64,000 nucleotides of DNA from Blastocystis sp. Blastoise (lineage: Eukaryota; Protista; Bigyra: Opalinata). Location of the stretch: assembly GCA_039096225.1 (NCBI GenBank), contig JBBPEB010000014.1, forward strand, positions 1,426,001 through 1,490,000, written 5' to 3'. The translations under genes were made by a program, and so were the position numbers. How positions within the stretch are numbered: position 1 is the stretch's first letter; each line of letters opens with the position of its first letter. Below, in pieces: positions 27,101-43,647 of the stretch. The notes beneath the pieces are model-generated. The model was not told the origin of the DNA, searched no databases, and saw nothing but the letters and a program-made list of their open reading frames with translations.

Positions 27101-28439
27101 TATTATATAAAGTAATAAATATCTTTTAATTATTAAGAGTACTTTTGTATTAATAATTCAAACTAAAATAAGTATAATAAAAGAAAAATTATAATATTTA
27201 TCAAATAATATCAAGATATGATTACTATTTATATAATTAAACATTTATTAATTGAGAAAAGCTGTATAATAAAATTTCTAAAATATTTATATAATAGTAT
27301 ATATAAAAGGAAAGGATAAAATATAAAAAAACAAATAGATATCAAAATTATAATATTTTAAAAAATAAAACAAAACAATATATGAAAAGAATAAAAAAGA
27401 ATATATAATATTTTTTTAGACAAGAGAATAAGCTATTTCTCACAATAATAATTATATAGACTAATTCAAATAAAACATAAATATTTAAAGGTAGGGTATA
27501 AGTGATAATAATATGTTTTAAAAGAAAAAGTATTTTATAATCATATTGATATTATTTAAAATACTAAATATTTATAAAACTAAATGAATTGATAAAATAC
27601 ATAGAAAGTTATAAATGAAATAACAAAGAAAAGTGAATTAATATTGAAAACTAAAAACTAAATAGAAATAGAAATAGAAATAGAAATAGAAATAGAAATA
27701 GAAATAGAAATAGAAATAGAAATAGAAATAGAAATAGAAATAGAAATAGAAATAGAAATAGAAATAGAAATAGAAATAGAAATAGAAATAGAAATAGAAA
27801 TAGAAATAGAAATAGAAATAGAAATAGAAATAGAAATAGAAATAGAAATAGAAATAGAAATAGAAATAGAAATAGAAATAGAAATAGAAATAGAAATAGA
27901 AATAGAAATAGAAATAGAAATAGAAATAGAAATAGAAATAGAAATAGAAATAAAAATAGAAATAGAAATAGAAATAGAAATAGAAATAGAAATAGAAATA
28001 GAAATAGAAATAGAAATAGAAATAGAAATAGAAATAAGATCAAAAATAAAACACAAGAGTTAATTAATTATCATTGATAAACAATAAATATATATAATCA
28101 ATAATAAAAATGGCTAAAAAGAATATTAAAAAAAAAAAGGAAATAATACTCAAAAACATATAGAATGTTAAGTAAGAATTATCAATATGTATGAATTAAA
28201 TTATTTAAAATACTAAATTGAAAATTAAGATTAGAAGATAACAATTAAAAGCAATTGAAATAATATTTTATAAAATATGAAATAGTTTTAATCCTAAAAA
28301 AAAATAAAAACAGAAATGAATAACAAAAACATAAGAATAAATATTCATTTTTTAAAATTCAATGTAAGATATAACAATTGAGAGATAATAATTATCTAAA
28401 CTCAAGCGTAGGCTGGCGTAGCCAGTCGTGAAACGCTTG
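24112..28439 (+). mobile_element. Helitron-like copy 3 (4328 bp), nested in copy 2 in opposite orientation
   Basis: Same TTAATATCC and hairpin-CTTG termini. Target AAAAA^TAAAT with no duplication. Longer (TAGAAA)n array. Confidence 0.88.
27661..28035. repeat. (TAGAAA)n hexamer array, ~62 units, within copy 3
   Basis: Direct reading. One variant unit (TAAAAA) near 27951. Confidence 0.95.
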
Positions 28440-28768
28440 TAAATATAAAGAATGTGAGTAGATATAGAAAAAATAAGAAAACAATAAAAAATAAAAAACG
28501 AAAAATAAGTGTTTTTATAAAAATGAAAAATATTGGATAAAATAGAAATAATCCAATAATTTTGGTTAAAATTTTGTGCGAAAATGGTTTTTTGCATTTT
28601 TTAGCCAGAAATTTAGAGTTTTCGAAAAATTTCTTTAACAGTCATTTTTAGAATTGTGTTCCGGATTTTATGATGTTATTTTTATTTTATAAAAGTTAAT
28701 AACAAAGTCAATAAATGTGAAAGTGTGTGAGACACCGTACGCTACATGAACTAAATTAAGGATATTAA

Positions 28769-31700
28769 CAAGCGTTTCACGACTGGCTACGCCAGCCTAC
28801 GCTTGAATCTAAATAAACATAAAAAAATAATTTGTAAAAAGACTATCTTTTCATTATATAAAAATTATTTATTTCAAATTTTGTTTTGTTTTATTAATAT
28901 TATCAATAATGGTTTCATATTTTATTAATATTATCAATAATTGTTTCATAAAAAGAAAATTAAAAAATAAAAATTAACTATATATAAAATAAAGATTACA
29001 TTCTATTTCATTAGTAAATATATTTAAATACTTAAAAAACTATAGTATTGTTTATAAAATAGAGTTTACACAACAAATAAGTTATCATAAAAAAACTCTA
29101 AAAAACTATAACATTTTGAAATACATATACTTACTTTTATTAAAACGAATTTTATATTAATATACATATATATTTGATTTATTATTTTAATTTATAAAAA
29201 GTAACTTGAATTTCATTTGTTTAAAGTCACAATTACAAAAAAATGAGTTCTTTTGAAAGATAAAAAACATTCTTTAAACAATAATATTTTTGTATTTAGT
29301 GACAAAAAAACGTATTATACTGTTTTAGAAACAATTAAAATCTTTTTACCCATTTTAACATTCCTATCAAACAGTCAACCACATTTAATTAAATTAATTT
29401 TTAATATTTTATATTCTATAATAGGTCTATTTATTATTTTTATAAAAAGTGACTTGAATCTCTTGACTTAACTATTGTAATTCTAAAAAAATATTTTTTT
29501 GAACAACTTAAATTATTTATTTATTGTAAATTTTAATATAAAACACTCATAAAACACTCTATACATACTTGTTACAACCATTTTAAAAAATTGACTCATT
29601 TTAACATTTTGGTCAAACACACAACCACCTTTATTTCAAACAATTCTTTTATTATTATAAACATTAAACACTCTAATACTCATTTTTATAAAAAGTGTAT
29701 TGAATCTCTTGACTTAAGACAGTCAAACAGACAATTCAAAATTATTTTACCCTTTAAATTCATTATAGAGTGATAATATTTTCAGAATTGTCCTAATATG
29801 TGATTTAGGACACATTTAACTACTTTTTACAAAATTATGAGCCAACATGTGCATATACTCATTCACTCGTCTAACCCAATTTTGACCATTTTTTTGAGAA
29901 ATGCAATACATATAAGGTTTAGTTTTCAAAAATGTAAAAATTAATTGTCAAATATGAATTTGATTTGTCAACTTTCGGAAAATTTTTAGAAAAATGATTT
30001 TTCAATTTTCAGTTTTTTAACATGTTATACTATTGACTCTATTGAACTCATTTTTTAATTAATCTCAAATATTAAATATTATATTATTAATACGTTTTAT
30101 TCTCTATATTTATTTGTTATAATTATATAAAATAATTAAATATTGACTGAGAAATTAATGTTATAAAGTATACCCTTTTTCCAAAAATTAATTTTTTTAT
30201 GTTTTGCATATATAATTTTTTTCTCAAAAGTTATTTTATATTTAGATATTAATTTTATAAATATATAAACTATATGTTATCTAGTTTATAGATAAGTTTT
30301 ATTTATTTTTTAAAAATAAATATTGATGGAGAAATTGTCAAAACAAACTATAGTATCAAAAATGTTTTCTTTTTTTAAACGATTTATTTCACTAATTAAA
30401 GACAATTAAAAACAAATTTATTTATTTAAAGCTTATTTATAACATTTTATACTCATAGTGACTCATAACTAACTTTTTAAAGCAAACATTGTCAGTATCA
30501 GTTCAACATGTTGTCTTAACTTTTGTAAATGAGTGATATATAGTGTCCACGAATGATTCTAAACACGAATTGAAACGTTTTAATAGTTTATTGAGTTAAC
30601 ATTGTCTGGTGATCTGTTGTCAAAGTCCTTTAAAAACAAAATAAAATTCTAAAATATGTTTATTTTGATATGTAGTTTTTGAATATAAAGTCTAATATCA
30701 AATATATTTATTATTGATGAAATTATGAACAAAAAACAAATAAAAAATTTTTGAGAAAAATTTCGAACGTCATTTTTTTATTGAGTTCAACTATAGTCTC
30801 CTGTGACTTCATTTTTTAATATTTTGAAAAAATGACAAAAATGGATGACATTTAGGTCGTCCTATATCTAAATAAGCTTTAACTTTATTATTTTATAAAA
30901 TATTGACTGAGATCTAGTGATCACAAAATATACCATTTTTTGAAAATTTTCATTTTTATGTTTTTAATTAAAATTAATATATCTCGGTCAATATTAGATA
31001 TTTAATAAAAATATAAAAAACGGATGACATTTAGGTTGTCTAATATCTAAATATGTTTTTACTTGTATTATATGTTGAATATTGACTGAGATCTGATGAT
31101 AACAAAATTGGGTATCAAAGAAGAAAAATTTTTAAAAGCAAATATTTCTCTTTTAAAAAGTATATGACAAATATAAAACATATTCATGACGGATATAGAG
31201 TTAAATAAATACAAAACAGTTCAATTAAGTTTATAAAGAAGGAATGTGTCGGATATCAGTTTGTCTTTTGTCGTTATTTAAAGAAATTATTGCTATTTCA
31301 GAGTAGTCAAAGTCATTTAAATTACGAATGTAATCATTTTAGAGTTTAAAGTTAGTAATGTGTGTATTGATATGTTGTCAAGTCATAAATATAAACAAAT
31401 TTACCCGTCAAAACTATTTATAAGACCAACCCGTCAATAAAAGTCAATTTTATAAAAATAAATATAAAGTATGTGAAGAGATATAGAAAAAATAAGAAAA
31501 CAATAAAAAATGAAAAACAAAAAATAAATGTTTTTATAAAAATGAAGAATATTGGATAAAATAAAAATAATCCAATAATTTTGGTTAAAATTTTGTGCGA
31601 AAATGGTTTTTTGCGTTTTTTAGCCAGAAATTTAGAGTTTTTGAAAAATTTCTTTAACAGTCATTTTTAGAATTGTATTCCGGTTTTTATGATGTTATTT

Positions 31701-31787
31701 TTATTTGATAAAAGTTAATAACAAAGTCAATAATAGTGAAAGTGTGTGAGACACCGTACGCTACATGAACTAAATTAAGGATATTAA
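28769..31787 (-). mobile_element. Helitron-like copy 4, shorter diverged subfamily (3019 bp)
   Basis: Same termini, lacks the (TAGAAA)n-containing segment. Its CTTG end abuts the TT start of copy 2. Outer flank on the minus strand is TATAA^TT. Confidence 0.85.
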
Positions 31788-32162
31788 TTATACAACATAG
31801 AGAAGGTATATTGTTTTTATAAATTCAGATGAATTAAGATTGGCTGAAAAAAGTGTCACAAAATCTCCGCAGAAAGTGTCCTAAAAACTCGGGAAGGCAC
31901 TGAAAAAGACAAAAGAAAAATACCTGAAAATGACTGAAAAAGAATCTTGGATATTAATATGAAAATAGTTCAATTTTCGTTTATTTTCAGGAAAAATATT
32001 CAAAAAAAAAGTTGCAAGCTTTATTCTTTGCTTATCTCAATGAATCATTCATATATGTTATTGATTACCATATTTTTAAGTATTTATTAATTATTCATAT
32101 AAAAGGTATCTTTTAAGCATAAGAGTATATTATTATTTTATCATTTTAGTTAAAATTGAGTC

Positions 32163-35957
<3,795 letters not shown>

Positions 35958-35992
35958 ATATATTATTTTCTGTATATTTTTTTTCTACTAAT

Positions 35993-36468
35993 CACTAGTG
36001 GATATTTTATTTTTTTTTTTGTAAAATATTGGTCATATAACTAGTTCTTTTCCAGTATAAAGAAAAAACAAATTTTTGAGTTTTGGGCTAAATTTTGGTT
36101 TTGAACCATAGAAGTCAGCTGATTGACTTTTAATTACATTTATGACTCTTAGAGATCTTTCGTTTTGAACTGAACTAAAAATATTTAAAAATATTGACCC
36201 CCATTTTCAACAAAAATACGACTTTAAAATTTAAAAAAACGTTTTTGATATTATATTACTCTCTGTAAATAAAAAATAATGTCAATTCTGTATTAAAATA
36301 AGTCTAACAGGGTCTTTGAGTCTAAATCAAAAGCTGCTTTAAATTTTTGTGACAATTTTCATTTGTTTACCTCTGTCTCTTTTTTATTGAATTTTCATTG
36401 GCTGAATCAATTTTAAACGAAAACCAGCCAATAAAATTGCTTTAAAAAATAAAAAATATCTGACAGTG
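35993..36468. mobile_element. Candidate 476-bp MITE with CACT...AGTG termini (CMC: CACTA/Chapaev-like)
   Basis: Degenerate ~40-bp TIR (CACTAGTGGATATTTTATTTTT...ATATTGG vs reverse complement CACTGTCAGATATTTTTTATTTTT...TTATTGG). TAAT on both flanks (35989-35992, 36469-36472). Confidence 0.45.
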
Positions 36469-36793
36469 TAATATTTATATATATACTAATAATACTATTT
36501 ATTAAGTAGTAAATGATTCATAAAAAAATTCATCTTTTCTATTAAGGTTATAAGAATTATAAATGAGATTTTGGTTTTTGTAAAAGTAGCAGTTCAAAAT
36601 AATTTGTTTGTGAAAAATTTCATTCATAAAATAGTAGAGAACAAAATAAATAAGTAATGAAATAAAAATAATTTCATTTAACATGAAAAAAGAGAAGTAT
36701 AAATACACACCAATAAAAATAATAAAACAAATATTTATGTATATACGTTCATTAATAAGAAAACAAATCAGTACTTGATTTAGTAATTACTAT

Positions 36794-37525
36794 TTACATA
36801 AGTGCTTCTCTGGCATATCCAGTAATCTTGTCCTTAACAGTATCCATCTATTTATATGTTAAATAGGATTGAAATAAAACCAAATTATATATATATATCC
36901 ATAACATGTCCTTTATCAAACCATTGTAAAAATCCTGGTTGAATTTTTGTGATTTTATCCATCCATTTATTTGCAAATTCTTCTAATTGTATACTCTTTT
37001 CCTTAACATATGGAATATTAAGTTCTTTAGCAGATACACCTCTCTTAAGATTTCTACGAATATATGTTTCATAATTACTCACAATTCTATTAATAAGCTC
37101 AGTTGTAGAAACTCCCTATATATATATTAAATGTATTTTGATAATTATTTAATGAAATTAACTATAAAAAAATAACATTAATAAATATATAATAATAATA
37201 TACTTCAGTTCTTTGTGTAGCTAAGAATCTTCCTGCTTCTTTAATACTTTTATATACATCATCAACGCCATCACCAGCATAAGGAAGTGCATCATGACAA
37301 ATAAAATCAATATTATGTTTATTTAAGAAAGCAACATCTGGGTACCATGGTGCATCTTCAATAATTTCATCCACCCATTTACAATGACGAAGAGATTCAT
37401 ATCTATATATATATATTGTTATATTCATAGAAAAAAAAAATATCATTAATTATAATTCAATCACAGTATAAAATTAAATAATATAATAAATAAAAGAAAG
37501 AATAAAAGCAAAAAAGAAACAAACA

Positions 37526-37574
<49 letters not shown>

Positions 37575-38028
37575 TACCTTTCTTTATCTGTCATAACAGT
37601 CATACCTTTCAATTTATGAGTAATTTCATCATTACAACAACCAACAAGTAAATAAACGTTAGGGAACATCTTTTTAGCTTGTTCAAGGGCTCTAGCGTGT
37701 CCATAATGGAAAAGATCAAAAATACCATCTGCATAAAGACGGACAGGACGATGCCATTTTGCAGGATTGACCTTAGCACGTAATTCATCATCAGTCATGT
37801 TATCAACATCCCATTCCTGATTATCATCTTGTTTATCTTCTGAGAGTTTTGGAGTAAAAACAAATTCGTCTTCTTTTTCTACCTTTAATTTTTTGTTATT
37901 CTCCATTTCTTGTTGATTTTGTTGACCATCTGATTCAACTTTATCAACTAATTTATGATCCTAAATAAAAATTTATCGTATATCACTAATATAAAGTATA
38001 CCTCAGTATTACGCTTAACTGCAGGCAT
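36794..38028 (-). CDS. PCYT1: Choline-phosphate cytidylyltransferase (CCT), multi-exon
   Basis: [15 protein letters not shown] (HxGH), [21 protein letters not shown](V)STT. ATG at 38028, stop at 36794. Confidence 0.93.
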
Positions 38029-38730
38029 TTTGTATGAACGAAACAACAATAATATAACAAATAACTTTTTAAGTGGGCATTAATCCACGTTTTTTGTGAA
38101 TTATGGGATTCTTTACTATAAAAGAATGATTAACCACGGTTCTTTTTCTTTTTTGAATCTTAATGAAAAAGTGATGATGTCATCGTGTTTTTATTCGTGA
38201 ACGAAATTCTACAATTTCGATTTGGTGCGACAAAATAATTATGTTAATTACTTTTATGGAATAATATAGTTTCGATTCGATGTTTAATACAATGACAAGT
38301 TAAAAAACATATATTTCTCTTGAGACGAAGTATCAAAGTAAATTTTGCTGATAAGAATAAGAGTTGAAGTTATAAATAAAGTAAATTAACAAACACATGA
38401 TAAGAACAAGAATGAAAAGGATAAAACAAAGGACATAGAATACATCATTTTATCGTGATAGATAGTTGGGGAGAATATATATATATATATAACATATTTA
38501 CAAAGTTAGCAACAGATACGTGTTGAATTAGACAAAAAATATATAAATAAGAAAATATTACGACGAAATAGAGAAAAAAGCAAACTCAAGAAGTTTGTAT
38601 AAAAAAAAATAGCCATTAAAAAAAGATAGAAACAAATTAAAATAATGTAAAAATAGTTCAAGGATTAATTTAAGAAAAAAAATAATAGATTAACTGTGCC
38701 AAATATATATATACATATATATATATGAGT

Positions 38731-41393
38731 TTACTTTCTTCCTCCTTTCATACCAAGACCTTTCATAAGTAAACGTACATTAACAGATGATTTTTGAGGA
38801 CGTGAGCGAGGAGCATGAGTAGGAGATTGAATAGTATTAATAGGAGATAAATCACCAGATCCAATAGAAATCTCATCAGAATCAGGACTCTTCACTATAA
38901 TATAAATATATATATTTAATAAATGTTTATTTAAAATATAATAAAAATATATAGTATAAATAATATATATAATAAAAAATAATGATAAATACTATAATAA
39001 CAAAATAATAAATACTATAATAAAAAAATGATAATTAATATAATAAAACTATATTAAGTAAAAAATAATAATAATAAAACTATATATATAAAATAATAAT
39101 AATAATAATAAAAGCAATAATAAATTAATAATAATATACAAAGATTAGAAGAAGAATTCGAAGAAGTAGAAATAGAAGGAGTTTGAAATCCTCTTGAAGG
39201 TATTGCAGGAGGAGCAGAAATAGGAGAAGAACAAGAAGGAAGATTTGATGAATTTAATGCTTGAGGAGTAGTTGATGAGTTAGATTGATTAGTACTTGTA
39301 GTATTGGTAGTAATAGAAGCGCTAGGAAGAGGAAGAGAAGTATCTAAATGTATTTTATGAATAGGAGATGAAGGTTCTTGTGGAGATGTTAATTCTGGTA
39401 CTTTATCAAGTTCTTTAAGTATATCGGAATGACGTAATTGTTGATTGAGTGAATTACGTAGATTAACAGAATTAGGACGACTGCCTTCAGGGACTTGAGG
39501 AACATAAGATTTTCTCATAATATAAGCAGTATTTAATTGGTCACGAATCCAATCAGGCCATTTCATATAATTAAGATTTCCTTTACAAGCATAACTATAA
39601 AGAATAGGATAACTGGCTACAGCTGATGTTTCAGAATCAAATTCAAGACCTCCTTCATTTAATTCATGAATAATAGTATTATAAACCATTTGGAAATGGA
39701 ATAACATCTTATCATCATCAGGATTTAAATCTATTTTTAATGATGAACGTAATTGACCAGAAAGACGACTTGATAAACGTTTTGCTTTACCATCATTAGG
39801 AGTAGAAGTAGTAGAAGTAGAAGAAGAAGTACCAAAATTATTTAAGAAATCATCTAAACTACTTAATAAACTATTTGTATTATCCTTAAATTGACTAGAT
39901 ACTTTTTTTGTTTCTACATGAGCAACATTAGCAACTTGTTTACGACCAAAAGTACCTCCATAACTTTGACTATAATTAAAATCTTCTACTTTAAACGCAG
40001 ATGTAGCCACAGTACCTCCATCTATATAGATAGGAAGATTATTATGACTATTATTATGAGTATTATAATTATTATTATGATTATTATGATAATGATTCAT
40101 AATAATAGTATATCATAAGAATATATAAAGAAAACTATATACTATCTTCAATTTGTTTAGTTAATTCTTCAATTCTTTGTTTAGCTCCATCGATCGTATT
40201 CTTTAAATCATCAACATATTCAGGGGTTATATCACCTAAAGCCTCAAATTTCTCTTTCTATAAAGATATTCTTATTAATTGTATTTATATAAGAAAAAAA
40301 ATATTATAGATCACTATTTTAAATTTACAAAATATATATGATAATTTAATAAATAGAATAAACAGAATAATAAATAGATAAATAAAACAATATATATACA
40401 TAAACAAGGAATTGATCTTTGATAGAATTCAGTTGATCTTTCAATTCTACACTTTCATCTTCTAACATTTGATTCTTTACAGTTAAATCATTCTTAATCT
40501 TTTCAGAGGAATCCTTTAATGTTGAATACTTTTCATTCAATTGATCAAAATCACTCATACTCGATTTCACTTGATTCTATATATATATATATATAATTAG
40601 CATTAGTATTAATATTATTAATATATATTTATATACTTGTAAAGAAACGATTTCATCAGATATCTTCTTTATTTGTTTATCCTTTTGTTCTAGTTGACGC
40701 TGATAAAATAAAGTCTCTGACTGAGTCTTCTCTAATTCATTCTATATATATTATATGTTAAATACATGATATATATTAAATAAATTATAAAAGAAATTAT
40801 AAAAGAAATATTAAAGAAATAATAAAATAAAATATAAAAACAATTATAAAAAGAAATATAAAATAATATATATACAGCTTTCGTAGCTGTGGCTTCAGCC
40901 GTTTGAACATTTTTCAACTTTTGAACTTGTCGTTCTAACTCATCATTTCTATATATATATATATTCTAGTTAAAGCATATAACATTATATATATACTTGG
41001 ATTGTAATTCTTTATTTTCTGTTTGAAGTTGTTGAATTTCTTCAAAAAACTCATTATTACTCTTTCTATATTTATTCACTTCATTTTCTAAAGAAGAAAC
41101 TTGTTTCTTCATATCATCATTCTGATTACCAATTTCCTCATTCTCAGAACGGAACTTATCATTCTGTTCTTCTAAAGCAATCAACTCACTCTTCAAATTC
41201 TGAATTTCTTCAACCAATTCATTGTTATTATGGTTATTAGACTCTACAGTCTTCTCCAACTCAGATATTACCTCATAAGCTATAGATAAAATGAATACAA
41301 TTAAATATATTATTTTTCTCACACGTAAATATTTACGAAAATGTTAACATAGATCTATATACCATTGTCCAATTCTTCTTTTAAAGCGTCCAT
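38731..41393 (-). CDS. Coiled-coil protein with Ser/Pro-rich C-terminus, multi-exon
   Basis: Heptad-rich exons (ELVEEIQNLKSELIALEEQNDK...), a globular segment HFQMVYNTIIHEL...WPDWIRDQL, canonical introns. ATG at 41393, TAA at 38731. Confidence 0.8.
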
Positions 41394-42129
41394 TTGTATA
41401 GATCACCAAAAACAATTAACTATTTTTGCCTTTTCAGTACTACGTTATTCTTTTTCTCAAAAATATCTCATTTTATGGTTTTAGAGAGAAATTATGGGGA
41501 TCTTTTATTATTCCCGTGATGTACGCCTTTATGACATAGTCTTTATTTATAGGGTTCTATTATCAAGTGCTCATTCTTTTATGATATTTTATAGTTTCAT
41601 GACGTTCTATTGATCCGCAATGTGACGTATTCTTTAATGATAATCTGTTAGATTTTTGATAGCCCCAATGAATGTGATGCTATTGTTGAGAATCCAAAGT
41701 TTATTACGTTTATCACTTATCATTGTGCATAGCTGGCATATTAATGGCTATAATAATATGATCTTAAAGTTCTTTCCGCTATTATTAGTTTTAACTGAAC
41801 TAGATTTATTTGATTTTTTATATAAATACTTGGTGAAAAGTGTATATAGGATTTGGAGGCTAGAGTGATTGACTTTATATGAATAGAGAGTGGTGAGAAA
41901 AATAAAAAAATCAACAAATTAGATAAATAAAGCAAAATAATTATAGTAAATAACAGATTTTTTATTTTATGTACATAAAATTAAACTAGATAAAAATAAG
42001 TAATATATATATATTCATGTAAAAGCAATAGAATATAAATATATGAAAAAAAACAATGCATAAACAAATAGTAAAATGTAGTTTAAAAAAAAACTATCAA
42101 AAAATGATATATATATTCAGAATTATAAT

Positions 42130-42161
42130 TCATTCGATTGATGAAGTCCAAGTAATGATTG

Positions 42162-42192
<31 letters not shown>

Positions 42193-43647
42193 ACAATAAG
42201 TAAATATACATAGATTATTAATACATTTATATATTGTATGTTTAAGAAGATATATATATATATACATATATGAATGTGTTATAACAGAATGTCCAATCTT
42301 TTTTACAATTATCAATGGAAAGAGCATCATTCTATAAAATAAAAATATAGCATTAAAAATAATATATAACATTAAAATATATATATTAATTAAAAAATTA
42401 TATATAACATTAAAATATATATATTAATTAAAAATTATATATAACATTAAAATATATATATTAATTAAAAAATATATATAACATTAAAATATATATATAT
42501 AAACTAAAAAATATATATAGCATTAAAATATTATATATATAACATTAAAAACAAATTACAATATATATATATACATAAATGAATGCAAATAAGACAATAA
42601 ATCCTAAGAAAGCGACTAAGAATAAAACGAGAAAAACAAGAAATGAATAGCAAGAAGTTAAATCCATTAATTTTGATTTCTTCTCGAATGTTCTATTATA
42701 TACATGCATATCTGCAATAACTTTATTTGCGTACTCTTTACTTTCTTCAACGAATCCTTCTCCATCATATAAACCATCTTCACCATCATCATAAGGAATA
42801 TAATCACTATCTATGTCACTATCACTAGTATCTTCTTTATCTATATCATATATAGTCTTGTCAACATCCATATCAGAATCAGAATCTGCTTCTAGATCTA
42901 AATCGTTAGTTGGATTTTCAGTATCACCAGGTTCACTATCATTATCAGAAAGAGCTGCTTCATTTATTATAGAATCTATTTTTTGAAGAAGAACTTCATC
43001 TTCTTTTTTATTTTCATCTTCTACTTTTCTTATTTCTCTCTCTATTACTATAGATAAACAATTTTAAAATAGTTTCTATTTATTATAAACATTAATAATA
43101 TATCACATATAGATATATATTTGTTAATAACAAATAAGACTCAAAATATACTTGAAAAACATATATATAGAACAATGATATAGAATGTCTACTCATCAAT
43201 ATATTCTGAATAAATATATAAATAAATAAATATATATATATATATACATTTGTCTTCATTAGAAATAGAGTTATTGACAGGAGATGCTATAGGTTTAGGA
43301 TTACTAAACACAGGAACAGGAATAAGAGTTGAAGAGTGTTTATTTTCTTCAATTTGATTTGTAGATAGATTTTTCTCAACTATTACTTCCTTTTTAATAG
43401 CATCAACATTCTTGGTATCATTTTCAGATTCAGGTTGGCTATATTTAGTGGTTTCTTTTGGTACTTCACTGGGAACTACGTTTCTAGCTTCTGCTTTTTT
43501 GCTTTGATGATGATGCTTTTTGGTTTTTGACTTAACATCTTTTTTATCTTGATTCGATGACTCCGGTTTAATTTGATTGACCTTGCGTTGAGCATTTTCT
43601 TGCATTTTCTTTCTCATTTCTAATTTAGCTCTTGTTATTGGATCCAT
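42130..43647 (-). CDS. Hypothetical single-pass membrane protein (basic N-terminus, acidic middle, C-terminal TM)
   Basis: MDPITRAKLEMRKK..., acidic exon, hydrophobic FLVFLVLFLVAFLGFIVLFAFIY. The 3' end is uncertain. Confidence 0.65.
42350..42545. repeat. ~38-bp AT-rich tandem repeat within an intron
   Basis: About five degenerate copies of AACATTAAAATATATATATTAATTAAAAAATTATATAT. Confidence 0.75.

Larger units (their letters stand above)
20320..28768 (-). mobile_element. Helitron-like copy 2 (20320-24111 + 28440-28768; 4121 bp), split by copy 3
   Basis: Near-identical reverse complement of copy 1. Joining 24111 to 28440 reproduces the uninterrupted copy 1 sequence exactly. Confidence 0.85.

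Noticed and set aside
27661-28035. Telomeric repeat or CRISPR-like array
   Set aside because: Internal to a dispersed element at a fixed position, no spacers, eukaryotic context.
17242-28056. LFLFLF / ISISIS ORFs (17242, 17249, 20705, 20718, 27651, 27658)
   Set aside because: Translations of the (TAGAAA)n microsatellite.
13884-29773. Recurrent short ORFs (MKDKKHSL..., MWFRTYL..., MQKTIFAQ...)
   Set aside because: They recur only because the element is repeated. Short, several with TTG starts, no motifs and no evidence of coding.
41520-41900. Coding-like or ncRNA-like intergenic patch (similar ones at 38160-38350 and 62050-62400)
   Set aside because: No consistent frame or recognisable RNA family. 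C/D-box-like words are expected by chance.
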